From positions 7,362 through 71,361 of IMG/VR virus record IMGVR_UViG_3300049016_000031: 64,000 bases of DNA. One strand, written 5' to 3'. The notes under the pieces were generated by a model. That model saw only the letters and a program-made list of their open reading frames with translations, had not been told where the DNA came from and searched no databases. Source of the stretch: a virus. Every line of letters starts with the position of its first letter. Within the stretch, counting starts at the first letter, position 1. Position numbers and translations under genes: made by a program. Of the stretch, positions 17,278 to 25,536 are shown one piece after another.

Positions 17278-18251
17278 TTGGTCTCCTTTTTGCGGCCCAG
17301 GCCGGAGGCCGAGAGTCGCTTTTGAAATACTGATTGCGTATCGACGAGGACGGGGTCGTCTTGGAAGAATCCGTCAGCCTGTAACTTGGAACGCATCTCC
17401 TCATCTGTCATCTCATGGCCGGATTGCTGGTCCACAAATGTACCGTCCTCCCGGAGGCTGACGCCTACCACATCGGCTTCAGCCGGGGGCTGCGGAGTAG
17501 GCGGTTTCCGACGCTTGGAGAAGAAGATAGAGGAAATGCCGTCTTGGTGGGAGAAGGCGCAGGGCTTGAAGACGAGGTCGGAGAGGGCGGGGTCCGGGGA
17601 CCACATTCCGATGCAGAGGTATGAGTCCATACGGCTCGGGCCATACGCCTGTGCAGTGCCGCCCTGATCCTGGTGCATAAAATTGAGGCACTCTTCGACC
17701 TCGCGCTGGAAAACGTGGGTCCGACCGTTGAGGAGGCGGAGTGCGATGTAGACGTCGAGGATCTTAGAAACTTGATACTGGACCGGGGTCTGTGATTCTC
17801 CAAACTCGTTTTTGGTAATACCGGCGCGACGACCCCCAGGGGGACCGAAGAAAGCGTCGGAGAGGCCGAAATTATGGAGGAACCATGGAACACGACCGTC
17901 GGGGAGCTGAAAGAGGATACCGGGTTGAAAGCTGCGCCTTACAAGTTTTCGACCGTGGCGCATTAGGGGCCGACCCGACCCACGAAGGTTCTTGAAGGAG
18001 CCTGTGCAATCCATGAGGACGGTGAATTCCTCAGCGCGGAGCTCACCAAGCTTGGGGTCCAGGAACTTGCTCACGGACAGGATGGGTTTAGAAAACGGCT
18101 TCGACCCCTTCTGGTACGGATTCTTAAGGGGCTCGTTGTCCTGAGTGTCGAGAATTTCATCTATTGTTTTTTGACTCTTCATACTGTCTAACCCTTTCTT
18201 CATACCACTCCCGAATTGAGATGTCTGGACCGGCGTACGAGGCGTACTCAT
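17274..18251 (-). CDS. hypothetical protein (325 aa)
   Basis: Long ORF coupled by a 4-nt overlap. The internal opposite-strand ORFs look like GC-driven artefacts. Confidence 0.5.
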   Translation of the reverse strand: MSTPRTPVQTSQFGSGMKKGLDSMKSQKTIDEILDTQDNEPLKNPYQKGSKPFSKPILSVSKFLDPKLGELRAEEFTVLMDCTGSFKNLRGSGRPLMRHGRKLVRRSFQPGILFQLPDGRVPWFLHNFGLSDAFFGPPGGRRAGITKNEFGESQTPVQYQVSKILDVYIALRLLNGRTHVFQREVEECLNFMHQDQGGTAQAYGPSRMDSYLCIGMWSPDPALSDLVFKPCAFSHQDGISSIFFSKRRKPPTPQPPAEADVVGVSLREDGTFVDQQSGHEMTDEEMRSKLQADGFFQDDPVLVDTQSVFQKRLSASGLGRKKETK

Positions 18252-18591
18252 CCGGTGTCATGTAATCCCGGATCAGCGGCCAGTCTATGTCACCGTTGTC
18301 ATTAAGTTCGAGGTCGACGCCGAGGGCGTGCCCGGCGAGGTCAAACCGGAGTGGCGACCCAGAGGGGCTGAGTTTTGTTATTGGTGTCTCTATTAAAGAA
18401 TAGAGGAGGGCGGATTCAGAGATGCCGAGGCGCTTTGCGTACGCTGCGACCCGAAGTTTGAATGGGAGGCTTACACACACCTGCATTGTAGCATCTTTAA
18501 CCACAGACCTTAAGCGCTCAGAGTACGTTCTAGGCGGCTTGTTGCTTTTTCTTTTCTTCCTCATGCCTCTCCCTTTCCCGACGCAAGACAA
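18157..18591 (-). CDS. hypothetical protein (up to 144 aa; start uncertain)
   Basis: ORF overlapping the downstream gene by about 95 nt. An internal start is likely. Confidence 0.35.
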   Translation of the reverse strand: MSCVGKGRGMRKKRKSNKPPRTYSERLRSVVKDATMQVCVSLPFKLRVAAYAKRLGISESALLYSLIETPITKLSPSGSPLRFDLAGHALGVDLELNDNGDIDWPLIRDYMTPDEYASYAGPDISIREWYEERVRQYEESKNNR

Positions 18592-18775
18592 TCAGCGCCC
18601 ATGAAGAATCGGACAAGTTTGCGTCGGACGCCAATTGCTGAAAGAGTCTCTTCTCGCTCGTGGACATCAATACGACGATCCTGTTGACTCGGGTGGCGCC
18701 CTTGTTACGCCGTTGCCGAACAGCTCCAAACTCTGGTTGCAAGTCATCTGCCATGATACAGGTCTCCTTTTTCAT
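18530..18775 (-). CDS. small hypothetical basic protein (81 aa)
   Basis: First ORF downstream of the large iteron-rich intergenic region. Confidence 0.35.
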   Translation of the reverse strand: MKKETCIMADDLQPEFGAVRQRRNKGATRVNRIVVLMSTSEKRLFQQLASDANLSDSSWALIVLRRERERHEEEKKKQQAA

Positions 18776-18889
18776 TTAATTATCTAAGTGTTTTAGGTTT
18801 TCACTTTTCGATGAAATAATACCAAGCCTTTTATTAAATGTACATATTTATTTCGTCAGCATTAAAACTATTTTCATCTACGTTCTAAA

Positions 18890-19010
18890 AAAGTGAAAGC
18901 TAATAGCTAGCTAATAGCTTTCCGGGTCACTTTTTACTTATAGAAAACAAAACTACTTATTGGTGGAGGTGAAAGCTATTACATGGCTAATAGCTTTCAC
19001 TTTTGATGCG
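18890..19010. repeat. iteron-like repeats (A)GCTAATAGCTTTC, direct and inverted copies
   Basis: GTGAAAGCTAATAGCTAGCTAATAGCTTTCC, and GTGAAAGCTATTACATGGCTAATAGCTTTCAC (13-bp inverted arms). A degenerate copy AGCTAGTAGCTTTC lies at about 19306. Confidence 0.5.
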
Positions 19011-19439
19011 CAGTAAGTCGTAATTTTGTCACCTTTCGAAACAACTGTCACCTTTTTATACACCAATTGGTATCTTAACAAAAGCAAAATTTTTCTGGTG
19101 ACTTCGACGCTGTGCCTAGGTTGTGTCAAGCCCGGGTTGGTCCCGACGCCCGACGCCCGACCCGGAAATGAGTAAAAAGAGATACATACAATACTAAAAA
19201 ACTGTACTTGACAAGTTTTCACTTCTGGAGATTTGGACATTTTTATTATTTCTTAATTTTCGAAAAAAGAAAGTATGTTTGGGTGAGGTTTTTTAGTATT
19301 TCATGCATTTTAGCTAGTAGCTTTCGAAAAAGTCAGCGCGCGCCGTCGTCAGCATTCCACGATTTGCGACCCACAATTCACTCTGCAGCGAACGTTGTTC
19401 GGCATACTGAACTGTAAGTATATGTAAAGGTCGGCGCGC

Positions 19440-19545
19440 GTCTGGTGCTCCGCGATCGCAGATCAGCGTATGATGTTCCAAGATCGCTGATAATCGCTCT
19501 GCGAACGGCAATCAGCGGTCGGGGATCGGCAATCAGCGATCAATG
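19440..19545. repeat. GATC-dense block with 4x (G/C)ARTCAGCG repeats
   Basis: Six GATC sites in about 100 bp. Repeats GCAGATCAGCG, GGCAATCAGCGG, GGCAATCAGCGATC and GATAATCGC. Confidence 0.5.
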
Positions 19546-19674
19546 ATCGACCCACCGGCAAGCGGCGCGGCACAGCGCCTGGTAAAAATTGCGCCATTAT
19601 CCCCTCCGCTATGCGGTCGAGCCTGTCGGCGCTTCGGCTTGTAATTGGGTCGGAAGTGGGAGGGGCCGGAGCCC

Positions 19675-19914
19675 CTATTCGTCCTCGAGTTCAAAGCAAT
19701 CCCACGGCGGAAAGATATTCGTGCAGATTCTACGGATCCAGTCTTGTATAGGTTCTGGCTCCCCGGCTATCGGGTCGTAGTTGATGTGGGTCTCCCGGTT
19801 CAGGATTAGCCGAAACACCTTGGAGTCATCTACAGCCGTAGTATTATTTGTGATAGTGATTTCGTCGTTGTCCTCGTCTAGTTGAACGACGGTGATGTCT
19901 AGCAATTTTCTCAT
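19675..19914 (-). CDS. small early protein
   Basis: Start MRKLLDITV with an AAGGAGGAG RBS. ATGA overlap with the upstream gene. Confidence 0.45.
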   Translation of the reverse strand: MRKLLDITVVQLDEDNDEITITNNTTAVDDSKVFRLILNRETHINYDPIAGEPEPIQDWIRRICTNIFPPWDCFELEDE

Positions 19915-20201
19915 TTCTCCTCCTTTGCAATAGCGGCGCAAGCCGCGCAGGGGTCGTTACCGAGGGGGTACCCCACCCGGAATTCTTTGTAGTGGCCGCA
20001 ATCTGCGAGGATTTTGGCTCGCCGAATGGGCCACCACCTCTCCTTGGTTACGCCGACCTCAGCGTAATTATCATGAAAGACGATGTCCGCCTCCTGCTCC
20101 CGGTGGTATGCCGATTTGGCGGGCTGGTAGAAGACCTCACCGGTCTCCCGGCTCCAGACGTACCGTTTCCGGTACTGGTCAGTTTCGATCGACAAAATCA
20201 T
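19911..20201 (-). CDS. small early protein (96 aa), Cys/His-containing
   Basis: TAAGGAGATAA RBS. Contains CGHY...CAAC. Confidence 0.45.
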   Translation of the reverse strand: MILSIETDQYRKRYVWSRETGEVFYQPAKSAYHREQEADIVFHDNYAEVGVTKERWWPIRRAKILADCGHYKEFRVGYPLGNDPCAACAAIAKEEK

Positions 20202-20314
20202 TGATTATCTCCTTAGATGTCACAAGGTCACCCTACCCATAGGGCGGATGACCCGGACCGGTTAATTGTTACTTGTGACCCTACGGTTTCACCGGAGGGT
20301 GTCTCTGATGTCAT

Positions 20315-20545
20315 TTAGATGTTCCATCCTCCGTTTTGGGTGATAAGTACCCGGGTTTTTGTCCTGCGAATCACAGGACGGCGGTAGTAGGTTGAGCCGG
20401 GTCCGTTAGAGCCCACTGGCATTGTGAACTGATCAATCAATTCGCAGTCCTCGATTGATGTATCATGAATCACGGTGTAGTCAGTCCAATTTTCATCAGT
20501 CTGCCTTCTTGACATATTCAAATCTCCTTCAGTAATCCAATCCAT
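20315..20545 (-). CDS. small early protein (76 aa)
   Basis: AAGGAGGAATT RBS 4 nt from the ATG. Confidence 0.45.
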   Translation of the reverse strand: MDWITEGDLNMSRRQTDENWTDYTVIHDTSIEDCELIDQFTMPVGSNGPGSTYYRRPVIRRTKTRVLITQNGGWNI

Positions 20546-20560
20546 AATTCCTCCTTAAAT

Positions 20561-20797
20561 TTACTGCCTGCGCGGGTTCCACATTCTACGCCTCTCGAGG
20601 TCAGCGTACGCCCCCTCGACCAGTTTTGAGACTCCGGCTTCCCGAACTTCGTGGTGCGCTTTGCACCACTCCCGGATGTCCTTCAATGAGATGCGCCCGG
20701 CGCCGACCTGCTGGAGCAATTCGTGAGCGCGCTCGAGCATGAAGAGGGTCGGGGAGTCGGCGCTGAGTGCCTCCTCAGTTAGTGATTTTTTGGCCAT
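20561..20797 (-). CDS. small early protein (78 aa)
   Basis: TTAGGAGGAATC RBS, preceded by intergenic element A1. Confidence 0.5.
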   Translation of the reverse strand: MAKKSLTEEALSADSPTLFMLERAHELLQQVGAGRISLKDIREWCKAHHEVREAGVSKLVEGAYADLERRRMWNPRRQ

Positions 20798-20825
20798 GAT
20801 TCCTCCTAAGATGTTTTCCGGAACC

Positions 20826-20873
20826 TGATCCCCGGTAAGGTTGGGCCGGGATTCGCGCTCCCGGCGGGCGGCT
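20826..20873 (-). promoter_or_regulatory. intergenic element family A, copy 1 (conserved flanks GGTTGGGCC / GGCGGGCGG around a variable hairpin)
   Basis: GATCCCCGGTAAGGTTGGGCC-[GGGATTCGCGCTCCCGG]-CGGGCGGCT. Lies in the 5' leader (minus orientation) of gene 20561..20797. Confidence 0.45.
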
Positions 20874-21354
20874 ACCGGTTACTTGGGTCGGCGTGGTTGT
20901 ACGTGGTGTCCTCCAGGCTCGGGGAGTCGAGCCGGTCGTCGTTCTTTTTGGTGGAGTCCTCAATTGCCTCAGAGCAGGCTTCGAAGACCCAGTCGTAGAT
21001 TTCGTCACGATCGTTCTTTAGGTTTCCGATCGGATCGAGTTCGGCTAAGTGGTAGGCAAGGACGTCTTGATCCGGGTCGACGCCCTCAGCGATGGCTTCG
21101 GTTGCGCTGTCGACCACTGATCTATAGATTGGCTCAGATGATACATCTAGTTGACCTTCCATGTTTCTGAGTAAATCGTTCAGGTCCTGGTCGTACGGGT
21201 TGGATTTGTTGATTATCCCACGGAGATGTCCGATTGGGTACGCTTCTGCCCAGGAGTCTCCCCTGGTAATGTCCTCAAGCTTGGAGAGCAGATCCTCAAG
21301 CTCTGTTTTAATTTCCTTAACATCCTTGATGTCCTGCATTGTGTAAGTTTTCAT
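20872..21354 (-). CDS. small acidic early protein (160 aa)
   Basis: TTAGGAGGAAAT RBS, preceded by element A2. Confidence 0.5.
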   Translation of the reverse strand: MKTYTMQDIKDVKEIKTELEDLLSKLEDITRGDSWAEAYPIGHLRGIINKSNPYDQDLNDLLRNMEGQLDVSSEPIYRSVVDSATEAIAEGVDPDQDVLAYHLAELDPIGNLKNDRDEIYDWVFEACSEAIEDSTKKNDDRLDSPSLEDTTYNHADPSNR

Positions 21355-21392
21355 TATTTGATTTCCTCCTAAGATTTTAGTATTACCGGCGC

Positions 21393-21436
21393 TGATCCCC
21401 GGTTGAGTTGGGCCTGTTGACGCACAGGCGGGCGGT
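21393..21436 (-). promoter_or_regulatory. intergenic element family A, copy 2
   Basis: GATCCCCGGTTGAGTTGGGCC-[TGTTGACGCACAGGC]-GGGCGGTT. The hairpin sequence differs from copy 1 but the flanks are conserved. Confidence 0.45.
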
Positions 21437-21440
21437 TGGG

Positions 21441-21683
21441 TTAGTTGTTAACCATAAATCTCATGTACATTCTTTGAGCACCTATAATTTGATTGGACAA
21501 TCCGCTACAACTACCGTTTGATAGCCGCCTGTCAGATTTGAACACCAACTGATGGGTTTTTCCGTTGTAAATAATTGGGACATATAACTTTACTTCCCAG
21601 TTATCGGACCCAAGTGCCTCGGCGATTGCCTTATACATTGGAATTTTGTCCTCACAAAATGTTGCCATTGTTGATTCTATCAT
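21441..21683 (-). CDS. small early protein (80 aa)
   Basis: AAGGAGGAAAG RBS, preceded by element B1. Confidence 0.5.
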   Translation of the reverse strand: MIESTMATFCEDKIPMYKAIAEALGSDNWEVKLYVPIIYNGKTHQLVFKSDRRLSNGSCSGLSNQIIGAQRMYMRFMVNN

Positions 21684-21686
21684 TTT

Positions 21687-21746
21687 CTTTCCTCCTTAAA
21701 TTTAGACTCAAGCCCCTGGGAGGGTGTGACCCTCCCAAATCTCATT
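21687..21746 (-). promoter_or_regulatory. intergenic element family B, copy 1
   Basis: TTTCCTCCTTAAATTTAGACTCAAGC-[CCCTGGGAGGGTGTGACCCTCCC]-AAATCTCATTT. Confidence 0.45.
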
Positions 21747-21754
21747 TAGGGGTG

Positions 21755-22129
21755 TCAGTTCAATTCAGCCTGGAGTGCCTTGACCAACTCGGTCTTGGCC
21801 TTTGACCATCTCTTGATGGGCGTCAGCCCCCGTTCCGTTCTCAGGAAGTTCAGCTCGCTGAGCATGGATCCGGTGTTGGTCCAGTCGACCTCCGCCCTTG
21901 CGGGCGCTTCCGGGAACGCCATCTTGATCAGCTTGCTGACCGTGTACGCGTGCCGTCCGCCCTCGACCTCTTTCGAAGCCAGAATTACAAACGGCGAGTT
22001 CGTATTGGGCCGGCCCCAGGCTACGATGTTGCCCTTTCTGGTGTTCCGGACACGTCCTTCACGGTTGATCTCATAGAGACTCGCGAATTCAGGAATCGGA
22101 ACTGGAACCCATTGTGATGTATTGTTCAT
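21755..22129 (-). CDS. small early protein (about 124 aa from MNNTSQW)
   Basis: GGAGGAAAATCAA RBS before ATG 22129, preceded by element A3. Confidence 0.5.
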   Translation of the reverse strand: MNNTSQWVPVPIPEFASLYEINREGRVRNTRKGNIVAWGRPNTNSPFVILASKEVEGGRHAYTVSKLIKMAFPEAPARAEVDWTNTGSMLSELNFLRTERGLTPIKRWSKAKTELVKALQAELN

Positions 22130-22152
22130 TTGATTTTCCTCCGACATGATTT

Positions 22153-22195
22153 GTGCTGCACCGATCTCAGCTACGGTTGGGCCTCGATACGCCGA
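22153..22195 (-). promoter_or_regulatory. intergenic element family A, copy 3
   Basis: GATCTCAGCTACGGTTGGGCC-[TCGATACGCCGAGGC]-GGGCGGTT. Confidence 0.45.
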
Positions 22196-22331
22196 GGCGG
22201 GCGGTTATTTTGTTGTGTAAACAACTTTGGGATTCCGGACACCCCTCGTCACGCGAACGGGGTGTCCCCTCTTTTCCAGGTCGGATACCAGATTTCGCCA
22301 TCCGAAATCTGGTATTATCGACTCGAAGACC

Positions 22332-22611
22332 TTAGACCAGCCCGTCGATGACTGGATCTCCACTCGATGTTGGACTTTCCGGCTGGTGCATGATTTCATA
22401 TTTTTCCTCCCATCCCATTTCTTGACCGACTTCTAAAATTCTAGAGAGCAGCAAGAATGTCATTCGGTTATGTTGAATCACGGATTTCCAGGATTCGGGA
22501 TACTGCTGTTTCCATTCGTACACCAGCCTCCACATTCTTTCCGATCCCTCGTAACTCGGGTCGGTCATTAGATTTTGCAGGTCGTCTGCTAATCTGTCTG
22601 TAAATGTCATA
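22332..22611 (-). CDS. small early protein (about 93 aa from MTFTDRL)
   Basis: AAGGAGGAAAACT RBS, preceded by element B2. Confidence 0.45.
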
Positions 22612-22612
22612 G

Positions 22613-22675
22613 TTTTCCTCCTTAAATTTAGACTCAGGCTGGAAGGGGACTTTGAGTCCCCAAATCTCATTTTTC
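22613..22675 (-). promoter_or_regulatory. intergenic element family B, copy 2
   Basis: TTTCCTCCTTAAATTTAGACTCAGGC-[TGGAAGGGGACTTTGAGTCCCC]-AAATCTCATTTTT. Flanks are identical to copy 1; the hairpin is different. Confidence 0.45.
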
Positions 22676-22678
22676 CAG

Positions 22679-22887
22679 TTATTCAAGTTCGGCGTCTTCA
22701 AATGCTGTTTCCCGGATTCCGTCGTCGAATTCGTCTCTCTTGAATTTTTCATCGAGATTAATTGTCAGCACTTCATGTTCTTCTTGAATGCCGATAATTG
22801 TTCCAAATTCTTCATTCCATCCTTCCTCCTGGTTTTCCGGAAGTCGGACTCGTTTTCCAATATCAGATTGTGTGAATTTCATTTTCA
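22679..22887 (-). CDS. small early protein (about 69 aa from MKMKFTQ)
   Basis: GGAATAGGAAA RBS. Confidence 0.4.
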
Positions 22888-22972
22888 TTTTCCTATTCCT
22901 CCGAATTAATTTTACTGCAAAACCTGTGATAGTCTTTGAAACTATAAATCTAAATTTCACAGGTTATTTTAA

Positions 22973-23269
22973 TTATAATTCTTGAATTTTGCGTTTGATT
23001 ATATCTAATCCATAACTGATTGCAACGTCGGTTAATACATCGCCAATTTCCTGAAGTATAATTAATCTTACTTCTTCTGAAATTTCTTGTGCAGTAGTAA
23101 ATTGCGCATCCCACTTGTAGCTTTTTGGCTGTGCATTTACTTCTTTTTGCAATTCACTGTATAAATCCAAGTCTTGCAAGATACCACCGTGTGCAAGTAT
23201 TTTAGCATCTTGCTCTTTTTGTAAATCCATTGCTGCATTTACTCTGTTGCTAAATTCTTTTTTATTCAT
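22973..23269 (-). CDS. first gene of the leftward operon (98 aa), helical
   Basis: Sits at the edge of the divergent control region. GAAGGAATAGGAAA RBS. Confidence 0.45.
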   Translation of the reverse strand: MNKKEFSNRVNAAMDLQKEQDAKILAHGGILQDLDLYSELQKEVNAQPKSYKWDAQFTTAQEISEEVRLIILQEIGDVLTDVAISYGLDIIKRKIQEL

Positions 23270-24520
23270 TTTCCTATTCCTTCAACTTAAATTTCAAACA
23301 AAGTGATTGCAACCTATGAGATTGCAAATCTAAATTTAATCACCATTTGCTATATTCTGTAGGTAGGTCATTCAACATCACTACAGGTTGATTGCGCTGA
23401 TTACGATATGCAATACACTTAGGACACATACACTTTGTTGTATTGCGTTCCGCTAAAATAATTGCACTGGTTGAATCACTAACATTTTCTATTTGCATAA
23501 TTCCTCCATTGAGTTAAAAAGTGGAAAGCACTGTTGCTAATACTTTCCTGAGTTGGCTTTTTACTAACAAGCACTATGACTACCTATGAGATAGTAAATC
23601 ATATTTCATAGTGCAATAATAAATTGAATATAATTACTTAGCGGTATGTACTCGGTTTATATAAACATACTGTACTCATAGCCTTTCATTATACCCATTA
23701 TAAAACAACTAAAAGGAAAATTAAAATCACATTATTAATCACATAATCAAGCGACATTGCCGCTTTACCTATTGCCTTACTCCGTCAAGAGTAACCAGTC
23801 TGCCTAGCTTGGATTTATTTAATAGATGCTTATTAATTAGATAAGCCTTTCGCAATACATCGTTTTGCTCAAAGGTGATTAACCTTACTTGTAGCAGTAT
23901 GACAGATTCAACATTCTAGCGTGTTACGATGGCATAGGCATTCACATTCCTATTCGCTAACCTTCACACATTGCTATTGACCGTACATTAAACTCTTGGA
24001 TATTGCAAAGCATTTAATAATTGCTTTATGTATTGCAATACTGTTCTACCCATACACTCATACTGTATTGACGTACTAACTAAGCGAGTATGTTTGATGG
24101 CAAGCAATATACCTCTGCTTGAACAAGGTGTTACAACGTCTTTGGACTTGCAACGTGCTGTATCCGTTTCGCTGTTCGCGTACAACGTGGTTGTAGTGAG
24201 TGCCATTCCTTGCGCTTGCAAGTGGCTCGCTGCACATACCTACTATATAGCAATCATTGTGCCACAGATACAATGACTGTAACTGTTGCAAACAAAGAAA
24301 GTGTATGGTTGCAATGACAAATAGTGTTAAAAGGCAGTGACAAATAGTGTTTTCCTAACAGTAATTGTTAAATTGGTCTAAAAAGAGCCTTTTCTAGTAT
24401 TACGCACCGCCGCCTTCGGTGTAAAATTTATATTTAGTGAGACTGATAAAATAAGGTGTACATCTACGCAATCCCAATATACAATATCCACGTATCGAAA
24501 TTCACGTTCAAGGAGACAAT
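23270..24520. promoter_or_regulatory. divergent AT-rich control region between the leftward and rightward operons
   Basis: 1.25 kb without credible ORFs. Two copies of ACCTATGAGAT(T/A)G(C/T)AAATC (about 23316 and 23584). Many TTGCAA/ATTGCAA hexamers. A near-palindrome TATTGCAAAGCATTTAATAATTGCTTTATGTATTGCAATA at about 24001-24045. Conserved promoter copy 1 sits at its right edge. Confidence 0.55.
24441..24485 (+). promoter_or_regulatory. conserved promoter copy 1 (A-rich UP-like tract + TGTACA -35 + 17 nt + TACAAT -10)
   Basis: GATAAAATAAGGTGTACA-tctacgcaatcccaata-TACAAT, 37 nt upstream of gene 24522. Confidence 0.5.
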
Positions 24521-24521
24521 T

Positions 24522-25067
24522 ATGCCGTATGACAAAAACAATGCCCCGCTTAAGGTCGGGGATCGATGCTCTCTCGAGCTTATCGTAACTAGCATTCAGG
24601 AGGGCGAGGAGTATTGTAACCTCGAACTCCAAACCGTTGAGGGCATGCACCCCTCCGGTGGAAAGTCGATGCTGGTCCTTAACTCCAAGCAGGTCGTCAA
24701 ACTTGCCTCGACCCAACGTATCCTCTACACAAAGAATCCGATTGCCCTAGGGGTCGGCGACGCTGGTTACACCGTCCGTAAGGGTAACAAGTGGCTGAGC
24801 GCCTCAGGCCGGGTCGAAATTCGCCAGGTGCTGCCCGGCAATCAGGGTGTCCGCGTCCCTGTTGAAGACCATCCGTGCCTAGGTCGCGGCCAAATCATCA
24901 AGACCTTCATGCTCCCCTTCTCCAAGCTTTCACCCCAGGTCGTTGAGGAGAATCACGTTGCCTCTGCCCGTACTCGGCAAGGACTCCTAGAAGCAATGCA
25001 AGAGGCGTACCCAGATTTCCGTGAAGACGATCTCTGCACCGTTATCTATTACCAGCGCCTCGACTAG
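24522..25067 (+). CDS. hypothetical protein (181 aa), first gene of the rightward operon
   Basis: AAGGAGACAATT RBS. A conserved promoter copy lies 45-80 nt upstream. Confidence 0.55.
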   Translation: MPYDKNNAPLKVGDRCSLELIVTSIQEGEEYCNLELQTVEGMHPSGGKSMLVLNSKQVVKLASTQRILYTKNPIALGVGDAGYTVRKGNKWLSASGRVEIRQVLPGNQGVRVPVEDHPCLGRGQIIKTFMLPFSKLSPQVVEENHVASARTRQGLLEAMQEAYPDFREDDLCTVIYYQRLD

Positions 25068-25089
25068 GCCGCTTCACTTGCTCAAATTT

Positions 25090-25536
25090 ATGAAGATGCT
25101 GCTCCTCACAACGCTTCTCCTAATTGCCCCGCAAACGGGTCGGCCGCCGGTTGAGTGCCTCAACTCCGCTCTCCCGGCGTCCACCCTTCGTATCCTCGAA
25201 CCCTGTGCCTTTCTTTACGCCCAACTCGTCTTCACCGCTCGCTACCCAGCGTACTCTTCCTCGGTCAAAAAAATTCCGCTCCCCGGAGGGGTCGAATACG
25301 TCCATAAAAAATTCAAGGTTCTGGGTACCCTGAGCGTTGGGGAGACGTCACCGGATAATAGAATTAAAGTTTGCCTGACTGGTGACTTGGAGTATGACAT
25401 CGACACTCTGGTGCATGAATATCTTCACTACCTCGCAAATTGCCTCTACTACTCAGACCTCCTGTCCTCCTTCGAACACGACCGAATTACTGAGTGGATT
25501 GAGTCAGTTGAACGCCACTATAAAAGGAACAAATAA
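25090..25536 (+). CDS. secreted HExxH zinc-metallopeptidase-like protein
   Basis: Signal peptide MKMLLLTTLLLIAPQT. HEYLHY (HExxH) motif near the C-terminus. Confidence 0.5.
   Translation: MKMLLLTTLLLIAPQTGRPPVECLNSALPASTLRILEPCAFLYAQLVFTARYPAYSSSVKKIPLPGGVEYVHKKFKVLGTLSVGETSPDNRIKVCLTGDLEYDIDTLVHEYLHYLANCLYYSDLLSSFEHDRITEWIESVERHYKRNK

Noticed and set aside
17386-17893. ORFs 17386..17667, 17415..17624, 17465..17893 and 17479..17691 inside gene 17274..18251
   Set aside because: Low-complexity shadow frames of the 325-aa ORF. They have no independent start signals.
18890-19010. Possible CRISPR array suggested by the repeated GCTAATAGCTTTC units
   Set aside because: Only 3-4 irregularly spaced copies, some inverted, with no constant spacer length. 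Consistent with iterons or operators, not CRISPR.
19640-19675. GGGGCCGGAGCCCC hairpin as a transcription terminator
   Set aside because: No U-tract on either strand after the stem (plus strand has TATTCGTCC; minus strand has CTCCCACTTCC). It may be structural but not a canonical intrinsic terminator.
22468-22752. ORF 22468..22752 overlapping 22332..22670 and 22679..22960
   Set aside because: It spans the family B intergenic element and two better-supported genes with RBSs. Likely a read-through artefact.
24028-24716. ORFs 23988..24221, 24028..24276, 24076..24291 and 24378..24716 in the divergent control region
   Set aside because: They lie in AT-rich repeat- and palindrome-rich DNA without RBSs. 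The region is better explained as promoter/operator space; 24378..24716 runs antisense across the conserved promoter.
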